DNA from: Candidatus Woesearchaeota archaeon
GTDB lineage: Archaea; Nanobdellota; Nanobdellia; Woesearchaeales; ARS49
NCBI GenBank assembly: GCA_016929895.1
Contig: JAFGHW010000001.1
Span: 135 to 64,134, forward strand
DNA: 64,000 bases
Reading direction: 5' to 3'
The notes beneath the pieces were generated by a model. That model was not told the origin of the DNA. It ran no database searches and saw only the letters and a program-made list of their open reading frames with translations. Below are positions 9,832-20,004 of the stretch, piece after piece. Within the stretch, counting starts at the first letter, position 1. Each line of letters begins with the position of its first letter. The position numbers were made by a program, and so were the translations under genes.

Positions 9832-10062
9832 ATGACAGAAAATAAAAAATACACCAAATATGAAATTGCAAGAATGCTTGGCGCAAGAGCACTTCAAATA
9901 GCATCAGGCGCGCCGTTCATGATAAGATTAAGCGAAAAACAAATAGAAGAAATGGCATTTAACCCAATTTCAATAGCCAAACTTGAAATAGAAAAAAACG
10001 CCCTTCCACTAACAATAAAACGACCGCTGCCAAGAGAAGTGCAAAGAAAAACATCAGCATGA
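9832..10062 (+). CDS. rpoK: RNA polymerase subunit K (Rpo6, omega-like). The track ORF starts at GTG 9823; an ATG at 9832 with AAGGTGA SD spaced 6 nt is the more likely start.
   Basis: TKYEIARMLGARALQIASGAP is the Rpb6/RpoK signature. Confidence 0.7.
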   Translation: MTENKKYTKYEIARMLGARALQIASGAPFMIRLSEKQIEEMAFNPISIAKLEIEKNALPLTIKRPLPREVQRKTSA

Positions 10063-10349
10063 ACAACAAGATTACACAGGAAAAGCTGTCAAAGTACTTT
10101 GATGTCACATCGCGCGCAATAGCAAAGGTAAAGATTAATTCTGAGCAAAAGTTTGACTGGAAATCCAAAGCAGAGGACTTTTTAGACATGGCCAACCGCT
10201 ATTTTTCAGATGCAAAACATTTTTCTGAAAGAGGAGATATTGTAACAGCATTTGCTGCATTGAATTACGCCCATGGCTGGCTGGATGCAGGAGCACGATT
10301 AGGCCTTTTTGATGTGGATGGTGATAGTGAGCTATTTACTGTAGATTGA
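10059..10349 (+). CDS. Conserved small archaeal protein of unknown function (possibly DUF357-like).
   Basis: 96-aa ORF overlapping the rpoK stop, co-oriented in the superoperon. Family assignment is from memory only. Confidence 0.35.
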   Translation: MNNKITQEKLSKYFDVTSRAIAKVKINSEQKFDWKSKAEDFLDMANRYFSDAKHFSERGDIVTAFAALNYAHGWLDAGARLGLFDVDGDSELFTVD

Positions 10350-10435
10350 AACAAATATTCTTTAATAAAAAAATAGAAACAACTAAAAAACCCTTGGTTT
10401 TTAGAGCTTCGAAAAATAAGAATATTTTTTCGAAA

Positions 10436-10445
10436 CATTTATAAG
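10436..10445 (+). promoter_or_regulatory. TATA-box-like element (ATTTATAAGC) ~70 nt upstream of the pdaD ATG. Followed by a GC-rich hairpin (GGGCG-TTTAC-CGCCC) in the leader.
   Basis: Position and sequence only. An AT-rich genome makes TATA calls weak. Confidence 0.25.
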
Positions 10446-10513
10446 CAAACCTTTTCAAATAGCCAGTATCAAATATACCAGAAGGAGTGGGCGTTTACCG
10501 CCCGGCGGTGAGA

Positions 10514-11140
10514 ATGAGTTATGGACGTGAAAACCAAAAACCAAAAACAATATTGGTCGGGAACAGAATCCCAAAAAGATTTTTCATAACAAAAGGCAAA
10601 GGCGAGAGTGATCTTGCCGTACACGCTGGTTCTTATCACTTAGCCCTAAAACAAGCAGAAATAGAACGCTGCAATGTAATGACTTATTCTTCAATACTGC
10701 CAAAAATCGCAACAGAAATAGAAAAAACACCTGGCGTAATAAACAGCTTAACACACGGCGCAGAACTAAACACAATAATGGCATGTTCAACAGCTGAAAA
10801 AGGCAAAAGAGCAACAGCAGGGATAATATTCGGATGGCTTTATGACAAAAAAACAGGGGAAAAATACGGCGGACTGGTATGCGAATACAACGGCGATTTA
10901 CCTGAAGAAGAGGCAAAAGAACTATTACATGCAAATCTTAACGAACTTTATACAAACGGATATTCAGAAGAATTTGAACTAAGACAAGGAAAACTAGTAA
11001 CAAAAAGCTTTGTTCCAGAAAAAAGATACGGAACAATACTAGTTGCTCTATGCTTCATAGATTATGAAATGCCGATAATAGAAGAAAAAGAAAACATTCT
11101 TGAAGAAGCAGCTATGCTGGAAGTCATAAGCAGCCAATAA
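10514..11140 (+). CDS. pdaD: Pyruvoyl-dependent arginine decarboxylase (PdaD). The ATG at 10514 is preferred over the GTG at 10487.
   Basis: IPKRFFITKGKGESDLAVHAGSYHLAL (GES self-cleavage region) and overall PdaD similarity. Confidence 0.8.
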   Translation: MSYGRENQKPKTILVGNRIPKRFFITKGKGESDLAVHAGSYHLALKQAEIERCNVMTYSSILPKIATEIEKTPGVINSLTHGAELNTIMACSTAEKGKRATAGIIFGWLYDKKTGEKYGGLVCEYNGDLPEEEAKELLHANLNELYTNGYSEEFELRQGKLVTKSFVPEKRYGTILVALCFIDYEMPIIEEKENILEEAAMLEVISSQ

Positions 11141-12004
11141 TCACTGTTTCTTACTCAAAACCTCATGAAAAGCATCAAAAATAGGATGGTCTGTGCTGAA
11201 ACTGAAAAAACCTGCGCCTATTTCTCCTGCGACTTGCTTTAGTTTAGCCCTGTGGACTGCGATTTTTTCAAGATATTTTTTCCTGCCAAAAGGAGAAATA
11301 AAAGTCCTCAAAATGCCCCTATTTTCAGCGTCAATCAGCTTAAAATCCCCCTCAACATCCTTTAAATCCTTTTCAACAACATCCAAAACCTGAATCAAAA
11401 TAATATCATGCCCCCTAAATCTCAACAATCCATGACGGACCTGCTCAGGGTCGTATAAAAAATCAGAAACAACAACAATTAAAGAACGAGAATTAACAAG
11501 TTTCTTGTACGCAGAAAGAGCTAATTCAAAATTAGTCTTTCCCTGGGGCTTTTTGGTATTAAGATAATCAAGAATAGACATTAACTGATTTTTTCCTTTT
11601 CTAGGCCTAAACAATTCAAGCTTATCTGCAAAAGTAGACAAAACAAACTTTTCATTATTCTTCAAAGCCATATAAGCAAAACCCAAACCAAACATAGAAG
11701 CATAATCTGCCTTTGAAATCCTCTTAGTGCCAAAATCCATGCTTGCACTGAAATCAACAATCACATGAACAACAAGATTTCTTTCTTCCTCAAATCTCTT
11801 AACAAACAATTTATCAGTCCTGGCAAAAGCTCTCCAATCAACACGGCGAAAATCATCACCAACAGCATACTGAGCATGGTCCTTAAAAACAAGACCCTGA
11901 CCTGCATAAACCGCTTTTCTCTCACCAACATAATTAGAAGTCATGCGCTTGTTAATAATCAAGCTAAGACGGTCCAGATGATGCAAAAATGTAGTATCAA
12001 TCAT
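11141..12004 (-). CDS. DUF58 domain protein (MoxR-associated, VWA-like).
   Basis: VGDDFRRVDWRAFARTDKLFVKRFEEERNLVVHVIVDFSASM matches the DUF58 core. Downstream of the MoxR ATPase. Confidence 0.8.
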   Translation of the reverse strand: MIDTTFLHHLDRLSLIINKRMTSNYVGERKAVYAGQGLVFKDHAQYAVGDDFRRVDWRAFARTDKLFVKRFEEERNLVVHVIVDFSASMDFGTKRISKADYASMFGLGFAYMALKNNEKFVLSTFADKLELFRPRKGKNQLMSILDYLNTKKPQGKTNFELALSAYKKLVNSRSLIVVVSDFLYDPEQVRHGLLRFRGHDIILIQVLDVVEKDLKDVEGDFKLIDAENRGILRTFISPFGRKKYLEKIAVHRAKLKQVAGEIGAGFFSFSTDHPIFDAFHEVLSKKQ

Positions 12005-12140
12005 TTTTATTTATCAATACACCAGCACTTGGGTACTGGCGTGAAGCCTCTTTTGCTTCTCAACCTCGCTACGCTCGGGTCGCTTTGTGTACTTTAATCG
12101 ATTCGCCGGCAAGACACACACACACAAGTGCCCTTTGCGC

Positions 12141-13094
12141 TCATTTTATTAACGTCTTAATAACATCATCAACATCCATATTCTGCCTTTCAGCTTCAAA
12201 ACTCAATATAAGCCTGTGCCTTAAAACAGGATAAGCCATTGCATTAACATCCTGTTTTGAAACAAACTTGCGGCCTTCTAACAACGCCCTTGCTTTTGCA
12301 GCCAAAACCAAGCCAATACTCGCTCTGGGAGACGCTCCATACTCAATCAAATTCTTTTTATTCCTTGTAGAAGTCACCAGATTAACAGCATACTTCTTGA
12401 TATCAGAAGAAATCGGGACCTGCCTAACAATCTGCTGCAAAAACAATAATGAATTTTTGTTAAGAACAGATTTAAGCTTGATAGGCTTTTGCTCAACTGC
12501 ATACCGATTTACAATCTCTAATTCTTCTTCTGGATTAGGATACTCTGTTTTTATTTTCAGCAAAAAACGGTCTGTCTGAGCTTCTGGCAAAGGATATGTT
12601 CCTTCCTGCTCAATAGGATTCTGAGTAGCTAAAACAAAAAAAGGCTGTTCTAGTTCAAAAGTAGAATTGCCAACAGTAACCTGCTTCTCCTGCATTGCCT
12701 CTAACAAAGCAGACTGAGTCTTAGGAGTAGCCCTGTTAATCTCGTCAGCTAAAATAATATTTGCAAAAATAGGGCCTGGCTGAAACTTAAAATTCCTTTT
12801 GCCGCTAGAACTATCCTCAATAATATAAGTTCCGGTAATATCAGAAGGCATAAGGTCAGGAGTATTCTGAATCCTGGAAAACTTCAAATCCATTAACTGC
12901 GCCACAGTACGCACAGCCAAAGTCTTTGCCAAACCAGGATAACCCTCTAGCAATGCGTGAGAATTAGTAAGCAAAGAAACAAGAATCTGCTTTACAACCT
13001 CCTGCTGGCCAACAATGACTTTTCCAATCTCATGCGTGATATGATCAAATGTTTTTTTTGTTTCTTCTAATTTCATTTTAATACCTCCTAACAA
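12141..13094 (-). CDS. MoxR-family AAA+ ATPase. The likely start is Met7 (13076).
   Basis: Walker A LLEGYPGLAKT, Walker B ILADEINRATP, VLATQNP sensor and MoxR C-terminal region. Confidence 0.85.
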   Translation of the reverse strand: MLGGIKMKLEETKKTFDHITHEIGKVIVGQQEVVKQILVSLLTNSHALLEGYPGLAKTLAVRTVAQLMDLKFSRIQNTPDLMPSDITGTYIIEDSSSGKRNFKFQPGPIFANIILADEINRATPKTQSALLEAMQEKQVTVGNSTFELEQPFFVLATQNPIEQEGTYPLPEAQTDRFLLKIKTEYPNPEEELEIVNRYAVEQKPIKLKSVLNKNSLLFLQQIVRQVPISSDIKKYAVNLVTSTRNKKNLIEYGASPRASIGLVLAAKARALLEGRKFVSKQDVNAMAYPVLRHRLILSFEAERQNMDVDDVIKTLIK

Positions 13095-13104
13095 TCTTAC
13101 TATA

Positions 13105-14079
13105 TTATGTTTTGGTTATATCCTTAAAATAATTTTTAACAATAGTCTGATAATCCTTTGGAATCGAGTCTTCAAAACTAGCATCTGTCTGGGCAGATAT
13201 TTCCTTAGGAAGAGAAGAACGGAAAGTTCTCTTTCTTGGGTCTTCAATCTTGGAAATATCCACGTCGCTCAAAACAGGATTAATCTGCAATTTAAGCTCT
13301 TCATTGCCCAAAATCGCCACAGACTTATTCCCATAAATATCTTCAGACAAATTTTCTTCATACGCCAGCAATTCCTCATTAATATCGTACTTTCCCTTAA
13401 ACACTCTTAAATCACCAACTTCATCAATCACTTTATTAAAATTAATAAATTGAACATCATAAGCAGAAACACCTGTAACCAAAAAAGCCAAAATAGCCAA
13501 AGTCAACAACTCTCTTGTAAGACGGCTAAAACTAAAAAAATAAGACGTACGAATCAAATGCATTCCTGCAAGAACATCCTTGTTCAATTCCTGAATAACC
13601 GGATTATCCCTGGAAAGATTATCTGCAACAGTGCTTATTTTTTCTTTTAATTCAGGAACCTTTTCTTCAATATAAGAAAACCTTGCTGCCTTTTTTATAC
13701 GATTTCTAACATGAATAACCGAATAAAGCAAAGCAGGAATAACAGACAAATACCAAGCAACAGAAATTAATTTAAAAATCAACAAACAAAGCATAAAAAC
13801 AATCAAACAGTCAAGCCAGCAAACAGAAAAAGTAATCTCAAAAACTGCTTTTTTTAATTCATTCAAAGCATTAGCGATAGGCCGGCCCCTGGAAGAAACA
13901 ATTTTTTCAGCCCTAACAAACTTGCTAAAATCAGGAGCAACAAAAGGAAATTTCTTTTTTGACTGTTTTTCTCTATCAACTGATTTATTTGACAATTTTT
14001 CATTTCTCATATGCTTTTCACTCTTATGCTTATCAGAATGCCTTGCTTGTTTACCTGCTTTTTTCCTAGCCATAATCAA
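13105..14079 (-). CDS. Membrane protein (Lys-rich N-terminus, two TM segments), part of the MoxR/VWA operon.
   Basis: ORF track. Hydrophobic segments CWLDCLIVFMLCLLIFKLISVAWYL and LLTLAILAFLVTGV. Confidence 0.4.
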   Translation of the reverse strand: MIMARKKAGKQARHSDKHKSEKHMRNEKLSNKSVDREKQSKKKFPFVAPDFSKFVRAEKIVSSRGRPIANALNELKKAVFEITFSVCWLDCLIVFMLCLLIFKLISVAWYLSVIPALLYSVIHVRNRIKKAARFSYIEEKVPELKEKISTVADNLSRDNPVIQELNKDVLAGMHLIRTSYFFSFSRLTRELLTLAILAFLVTGVSAYDVQFINFNKVIDEVGDLRVFKGKYDINEELLAYEENLSEDIYGNKSVAILGNEELKLQINPVLSDVDISKIEDPRKRTFRSSLPKEISAQTDASFEDSIPKDYQTIVKNYFKDITKT

Positions 14080-14624
14080 CAGTTATCAATTTCCTCCTGG
14101 CCGTCATATGATTCAAGACAACTTATTTTAGCATTCAACTCATCAATTGTTTCAGACAAATCATCTTTTTGCGATTTTAAAACCTCTTTTTCTTCTTTAA
14201 GATCATCAACCTCAACCTGCAAAGAAGAAGACAAAGCCTTTTCTGCTTCTAAAGAATTCTTAGTGCTGGTAAGCTCAGACTCTGTTTCCACAAGCTCTGA
14301 TTCCAAAGCATTTTTTTGTGTAGTTAACTGCTCATTCTGACCTTCAAGCGATTCCTTTTCCGCACTAACCTCCTGATACTGCTCACCAAGCTGTTCTTCC
14401 CGGGCAGTCTTAATACTTAACTCAGAAGAAACCTCGTGAAGAGACGCCTTCTGCCTGTCCAATTCTTCAGAAATCTTATTCAACTGCTCTAATTTCAAAC
14501 CATATGCTTCGTTAATCTTATCAAAATTATTCTGAAAATAAACAGTCGCGCCAACCAAGGCAGTAGAACTGATAATTATTAAAAATAATAATAAAATATT
14601 TGCGTTTCTGGTAATATAACTCAT
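14076..14624 (-). CDS. Membrane-anchored coiled-coil protein.
   Basis: N-terminal TM helix followed by heptad-rich E/K/L sequence. In the MoxR/VWA operon. Confidence 0.4.
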   Translation of the reverse strand: MSYITRNANILLLFLIIISSTALVGATVYFQNNFDKINEAYGLKLEQLNKISEELDRQKASLHEVSSELSIKTAREEQLGEQYQEVSAEKESLEGQNEQLTTQKNALESELVETESELTSTKNSLEAEKALSSSLQVEVDDLKEEKEVLKSQKDDLSETIDELNAKISCLESYDGQEEIDNC

Positions 14625-14633
14625 TTCGACCTC

Positions 14634-17006
14634 CTATTCTTGTTTGACAATCCTCCTTATAAATATTTCTATCAAAAATAAAACAACAACAGCCATAACA
14701 AAAGGCCATCTAAAATTCTCCTTGGTAATAATTTCGCGTCTTGAACGAGTAATAGTATGATCAACCATGCCGTCAATATCATTCCTGTCAAAAACCTTTC
14801 CACCGGTATTAAACACAACACCTTCTAATTCATCACTAAAACCAAGAGTTTCATACTCAGAAGGATTATTAACAGCAAACGTAGCACCCAACACTTCATG
14901 AAATCCAACTTCCGTAGGAGTAATAGAAGAAGAATACATATTGTCATCAATCTTATAAAAAGAATAACCCTCTGCCTTTGGAGGAGAAGCAGAACGAACA
15001 ATCAACTCAGTAGTTTCAAAAACCCTTGTATCCCTAACATCAACAAATTCTTTTGATTTTCTATCAGGGTCACCAATAACCCAATTAAACATCCTGGAAA
15101 CAACCTTGGAATTAGCAGAACCAAGCATGTCACCATTCCAATTACGTCCATCATCAGTGCTCAAAGCAGCAATCCTTCCAAGACCAAGACGCCACACAGT
15201 AAGAACAGGCTCTCCTGTAGTAGTTGTAAGAAGAAGACGGGCAGATGTCTTTGGAACAACATTGTTAAAACCATGAATCGCTGCCTCAGGATAATAATCT
15301 GCAGTAATAAAATGATTAGGATTAAGAACAATAAGAGCCATAGTATCGCCAATCTCCTGCTCTTCAACATCACCAAACAATAATTTTAACCTAGAACTAT
15401 CTGTAGCCCTAAAATAAATACCATTAGAAATAGCAGCAATATCCTGCATGACCAATTCATTAGTAGTAGGACCAACACCAACAGTATAAATCTTAATACC
15501 CTGATTATGCGCTAATCTGGCAGCATCTCTTGACGCGCCTTCTCCCTGAGTCTTACCATCACTAATAAGAATAATATTCTTGCTTCCCTGCAGCCTCTCA
15601 AGCAAAGCAATAGCCTTCATCAAACCAGCAGTAATAAACGTGCCACCGCCATCAGCCAGCCTAGCAACACGGTCTTCTAACCCTTGTTTTTCATAAACAT
15701 AAGACGGCTCTGAAACAAGATATGCCTCTGTATTAAAAGCAACAAAACCCAAACGGTCATGCAGGCTCAAATCATTCAAAACACCCAAAGCCAAAGCCTT
15801 TTCAACATCTACTGTCTTGTCATCGCCAAAAGCAGCACTAGTACTGCCAGAAATATCAATAACAAGAATAATATTTATTTCCCCTTCTTTCTTGCCAGGC
15901 GCGCCGACAAAAACAGGCAAAATCGATTCAAAAACAGAATTTCTATAATCGCCCTTGTCAAAAGAAGCCTCGCCGCCAATAACCACCATACCATTTCCTT
16001 CTGCGATAAAATCAGTAATAACATCAGAAGCAGGGCCTGTTTTTTCAGCAGGAATATTATTAACAGCAAGAGCATAATAATCACTAAGTGACGAAGGAAG
16101 AGTAGAACCTGACTGAACAACATACATCTGGCCTAACAAAGTCTGCATAGGAGAAGGATTCTCTGTCCAATAAAAAATCTTAGGCTTAGGAACAACCTTA
16201 ACAGTCTTGGAAAAAACATTATTCTGCTCAAAATAATCATTTGTTAATAATCTTGCAACAATCTTATGATAGCCGTAATTCAATGTGTCAACAAACTGCT
16301 TGTTTTCATCAAGAGAAATTTTTTGACCGTCCAATGTAACTTCTAATTCATAACCAGGATTGCCAACCTCTGAAACAAAAACAGTAAAAGTATTAGGAAC
16401 ACCCTCCTGGGTTTTAGCAGGACCCAAAACAATAACACCTGCATCATCATGAATAGTATTCAAACGAACAGAATTAACAGTAGAATTAAGCTGGGCTGCA
16501 AACAAGCCAACATCACCCAAGCTAGAACCAACATTAGCATTGCCGTCTGAAATCAAAATAACACTATCCCTGGGCTTTAGATTGGCAAGAATAGCATCAC
16601 CCACATCAGAATGCTCTGCAGAACCAAAACTATAAACCTCAACAGGCAATTTTTTCTCCAGCTTTTGCGCTAATTCATAACCAATACTTTCATACAACTG
16701 CATTGAAGAAGAATTATCAATCAAAATCTTAATATAAGGGTCTCCTTCAATAGTTTTTTGGGCGTCATAAAAAGGAGAAGCAATTGCGATAAGAATTAAC
16801 AAAGCCATAATTGACCTGGTAATCCACATAATCCACTGAAGCTTTTTCTTTTTCTTAACAACATCTGCATCCTGCTTCATTTTAACAAAATCCCTTCTTA
16901 AAACAAAATACAAGATAACAACAATAGGAATCACTAACAATAGAATATACGGGTTTTCCAAATAGGCATAAGCAAGATTTTCAATTGCTTTAATACCAAA
17001 ACTCAT
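14634..17006 (-). CDS. Large membrane protein with two von Willebrand factor A domains (Bat-like).
   Basis: Two MIDAS-type motifs (ILIDNSSSMQ; ILVIDISGSTS ... GGGTFITAG ... ISDG), an N-terminal TM and a C-terminal TM helix. Confidence 0.7.
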   Translation of the reverse strand: MSFGIKAIENLAYAYLENPYILLLVIPIVVILYFVLRRDFVKMKQDADVVKKKKKLQWIMWITRSIMALLILIAIASPFYDAQKTIEGDPYIKILIDNSSSMQLYESIGYELAQKLEKKLPVEVYSFGSAEHSDVGDAILANLKPRDSVILISDGNANVGSSLGDVGLFAAQLNSTVNSVRLNTIHDDAGVIVLGPAKTQEGVPNTFTVFVSEVGNPGYELEVTLDGQKISLDENKQFVDTLNYGYHKIVARLLTNDYFEQNNVFSKTVKVVPKPKIFYWTENPSPMQTLLGQMYVVQSGSTLPSSLSDYYALAVNNIPAEKTGPASDVITDFIAEGNGMVVIGGEASFDKGDYRNSVFESILPVFVGAPGKKEGEINIILVIDISGSTSAAFGDDKTVDVEKALALGVLNDLSLHDRLGFVAFNTEAYLVSEPSYVYEKQGLEDRVARLADGGGTFITAGLMKAIALLERLQGSKNIILISDGKTQGEGASRDAARLAHNQGIKIYTVGVGPTTNELVMQDIAAISNGIYFRATDSSRLKLLFGDVEEQEIGDTMALIVLNPNHFITADYYPEAAIHGFNNVVPKTSARLLLTTTTGEPVLTVWRLGLGRIAALSTDDGRNWNGDMLGSANSKVVSRMFNWVIGDPDRKSKEFVDVRDTRVFETTELIVRSASPPKAEGYSFYKIDDNMYSSSITPTEVGFHEVLGATFAVNNPSEYETLGFSDELEGVVFNTGGKVFDRNDIDGMVDHTITRSRREIITKENFRWPFVMAVVVLFLIEIFIRRIVKQE

Positions 17007-18802
17007 ATGTCACCTCTAATTTTAATGTAAACCAATTCCAAAATCAACAAAATTGCGCCAATAACAATCAATGCAAACTCAAAATCATACCTTCTATTTT
17101 CCTTAACCGGCCTAAGCTCGTAATCAATAGATTTTGCGCCAAAACTTATCTTCCTGTTAAGATCAGATTCTAAACTATCCAATAAATTAACAGCAAGCTT
17201 TCTGTCTTCCAGCTCATAAATACCTGCTTCTTCCAGCAAATGAGCAGATTTTTTAATGCTTTTTCTGGACGGCAAAATTATTTTTTGCTTAGAATCCAAA
17301 ATCAACGTATCCTTTGTTTTATAATTCAAATTACTCAATTCCTGCTTGTCTGTCAAGTATTTAATCAATTCAGTCCAAAAAATAGGATAACTGGGCGAAA
17401 ACTTAAAATCAGAAGCAGACTCTAAAAAACCAAAATAAACAATCTTGCCTGCCCCTCTTTCTTCAAGAGCAATCAACGAAGAATTATCAGCACTCACTAA
17501 AGAAACCCCTCTTAAACCCGACACTTTAAAAAAAGAATCAACAGTAGAACCAAAATCAATATTCTTGGTAAAACGATTAACCTGGTCAATTACCAAGTAT
17601 GCTTTTCCCTGTTTTTCGCCTAATTTTAACGGAAGAAGCTCGCCATAATTAATACTGCCTGACTCTTCCTGAGCAACAATAACTGCTGAAGCTCCTTTTT
17701 CAACCTTGCTCAAAACATCCTCAAAAGTTCCAGTAAGAATCTTATTCTGCGCAATATTATGAAAAACATAAACATCATGCTCACCAGTCTTAACAACAGG
17801 CGGACTTGTTATATCCACAGTAACTAACCCAGAAGCATCTAAAGCATTTTTCAAAAAAATAGACTCATTATTTGTTGCCAACAAAACCTTTGTGGTTGCT
17901 TCCTCAGGAGCAGAAACATACAATGTATTATCAACTTCAAAATCATCATTATTAGTAATAACCAATTTAGTCATTCCCTTAGGAATTGTAAAAGAATAAG
18001 GCTCGACAGAATTTCCAGGAATGATTAATTGCTTATTTTCATTATTTACTTTCAAATTAATTGTTTTTTCATCAGTATTAAAATTTTTAATAAATGCTGT
18101 GGCCTGATTATCATCCAAAGACAAATCCACAAAACCGATATTAGATATTTCTTTTTCAGCAACATCAATAAAATCAACAACAATACCCTTAGAAGCCACA
18201 ACATTCTTAGCAACTTCAGGATCCTGGCCGCCAGTATTTTGAAAATCACTAATCACAACAACTCTTCCTTCTGTCAAAGCCTCTCCAGCCAAAATAATTG
18301 CATCGCCCAATCTTGACGGCGTATCCAATGGCTTTAATTTACTTAAAAAATCCCTTGCATCACTGCTAGAAGCTTCTTTCAAAGCAATCAAAGGAATACC
18401 CTTAGCCAAAATCACAGTGTTTTTTGAGCCCAAAGATACTCTTGCTTTTTTAATGGCTTTATCAAATCGGGTTGTTAATCCTTCTTTAGCCTGCATGCTT
18501 GCAGAAACATCAATAACTAAAACAGTATTCTTAGCAGTAATATCATGCGGATAAACAGAATACGGCTTTGCCACAGACAATAAAAGAGCCAAAAGCAACA
18601 ACAACTGGATAATAAACAACCAATCCCTGATAAAATTCCTTAAAAACGACAATAATTTATTCCTGCCATAATGCTTTGAAAAAAACATCAACGAAGGAAT
18701 CTTCAAAGTCTTAGGCCTGGGCCTAATAAGATAAAGCAAAATAAAAGGAATCAATGCTCCTAAAGCTATCAAACCTGCTTTTTCTGCAAAACCAATATGC
18801 AT
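17003..18802 (-). CDS. BatA-like VWA domain protein (aerotolerance-type N-terminal membrane domain).
   Basis: N-terminal LILLYLIRPRPKTLKIPSLMFF BatA-like motif, VLVIDVSASMQ MIDAS and a C-terminal TM helix. Confidence 0.7.
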   Translation of the reverse strand: MHIGFAEKAGLIALGALIPFILLYLIRPRPKTLKIPSLMFFSKHYGRNKLLSFLRNFIRDWLFIIQLLLLLALLLSVAKPYSVYPHDITAKNTVLVIDVSASMQAKEGLTTRFDKAIKKARVSLGSKNTVILAKGIPLIALKEASSSDARDFLSKLKPLDTPSRLGDAIILAGEALTEGRVVVISDFQNTGGQDPEVAKNVVASKGIVVDFIDVAEKEISNIGFVDLSLDDNQATAFIKNFNTDEKTINLKVNNENKQLIIPGNSVEPYSFTIPKGMTKLVITNNDDFEVDNTLYVSAPEEATTKVLLATNNESIFLKNALDASGLVTVDITSPPVVKTGEHDVYVFHNIAQNKILTGTFEDVLSKVEKGASAVIVAQEESGSINYGELLPLKLGEKQGKAYLVIDQVNRFTKNIDFGSTVDSFFKVSGLRGVSLVSADNSSLIALEERGAGKIVYFGFLESASDFKFSPSYPIFWTELIKYLTDKQELSNLNYKTKDTLILDSKQKIILPSRKSIKKSAHLLEEAGIYELEDRKLAVNLLDSLESDLNRKISFGAKSIDYELRPVKENRRYDFEFALIVIGAILLILELVYIKIRGDI

Positions 18803-18860
18803 ATAATATAGTCAAAAATGCTTGTTTAAATACTTTTCTTTTTTTATAAGGAGAAAAAAA

Positions 18861-19859
18861 TTATCCAGTTTTCTTAACCTCAAACTTGGGGTAAACGCCC
18901 GGCTCCATAAAAACCTTGGTTGTTTTAACAGCCAAACCCTTATCAGCTAAGATTATTTCTTCACTAGATAATTTTGCCTTGCCAAAAGCAACTAATTCAT
19001 CTTTCAACGTCATAATCACAACAATATCATCTTTTTTAATATCATCATGAAGCCTGCATACACCTGGAATTTTCAAATCAGCACCATGACAAACAGTATC
19101 AACAGCCAAATCATTAATCCAAACCTTAGAAATATGATTAATCGCAAACTCAATAGGATAAATTATTTTTCTTAATGGCAATTCCTTATTTTCATTTTTA
19201 AAATACCAAAAAGCATCTTTTAAATCCTGCAAATAAACCATATCTTTATCACTAAAAGGGCCTGCTTTTGTTCTGATTAATTGAGCCATATGTGCCCCTG
19301 TATTTAATTTCCTGCCAATATCATGGCAAAGCTTTCTAATATAAGTTCCTGCCTGACAGCCAACCCTGAATAAAATATCCTGCTCTTCAATTTCCATAAC
19401 TTCTAAATAATAAATAGTTCTCTTTCTTAATATTCTTCTAACCGCAGACTTAATTGGAGGAAGTTGCTCGATTTTTCCAATAAATTCTTTTAAAACTTTT
19501 TTTAATAATTTTTCATCAACCTTTTTATGCAAATGCATTATCGCAACATATTCTTTTCCTGCTGGCAAAAGAACTTGAGTAACTCTTGTTGCTCTGTCTA
19601 ATGCAATTGGCAAAACACCAGTAACACCAGGATCCAAAGTACCAGAATGACCTGCTTTTTTTAAATTCAAAATCTTTTTAACATGGTCAGCAACAATATG
19701 AGAAGTCGGACCAGAAGGCTTATTAATATTTACAACACCGTATTCTATTAATTTATTAACAGGTCTTTTATACGGATCTAAACCATAATCAGGATTAGTT
19801 TTGCAAGGTCTTTTAGTTAAAATTTCTCTTTCAATTATTTCAAAAGGAAGTTTAGGCAT
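18861..19859 (-). CDS. cbf5: H/ACA RNP pseudouridine synthase Cbf5 (TruB + PUA).
   Basis: GHSGTLDPGVTGVLPIAL catalytic motif and a C-terminal PUA-like region. Confidence 0.9.
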   Translation of the reverse strand: MPKLPFEIIEREILTKRPCKTNPDYGLDPYKRPVNKLIEYGVVNINKPSGPTSHIVADHVKKILNLKKAGHSGTLDPGVTGVLPIALDRATRVTQVLLPAGKEYVAIMHLHKKVDEKLLKKVLKEFIGKIEQLPPIKSAVRRILRKRTIYYLEVMEIEEQDILFRVGCQAGTYIRKLCHDIGRKLNTGAHMAQLIRTKAGPFSDKDMVYLQDLKDAFWYFKNENKELPLRKIIYPIEFAINHISKVWINDLAVDTVCHGADLKIPGVCRLHDDIKKDDIVVIMTLKDELVAFGKAKLSSEEIILADKGLAVKTTKVFMEPGVYPKFEVKKTG

Positions 19860-20004
19860 ATGTTCTGTAAAATTTAAAAGGTATATAAAAGTATCTTATG
19901 GTTGGAAATAAGATGATTATAATAATATACAACAATCTGTGGTTAATAAGACTATACGAGTTACAGTAGCTTTATAAATAACCATAATTTATATTAGTGT
20001 TAAG

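Noticed and set aside
12005-12140. tRNA in the MoxR-DUF58 spacer
   Set aside because: No acceptor/T-arm pairing could be built on either strand. Kept only as an unexplained GC-rich element.
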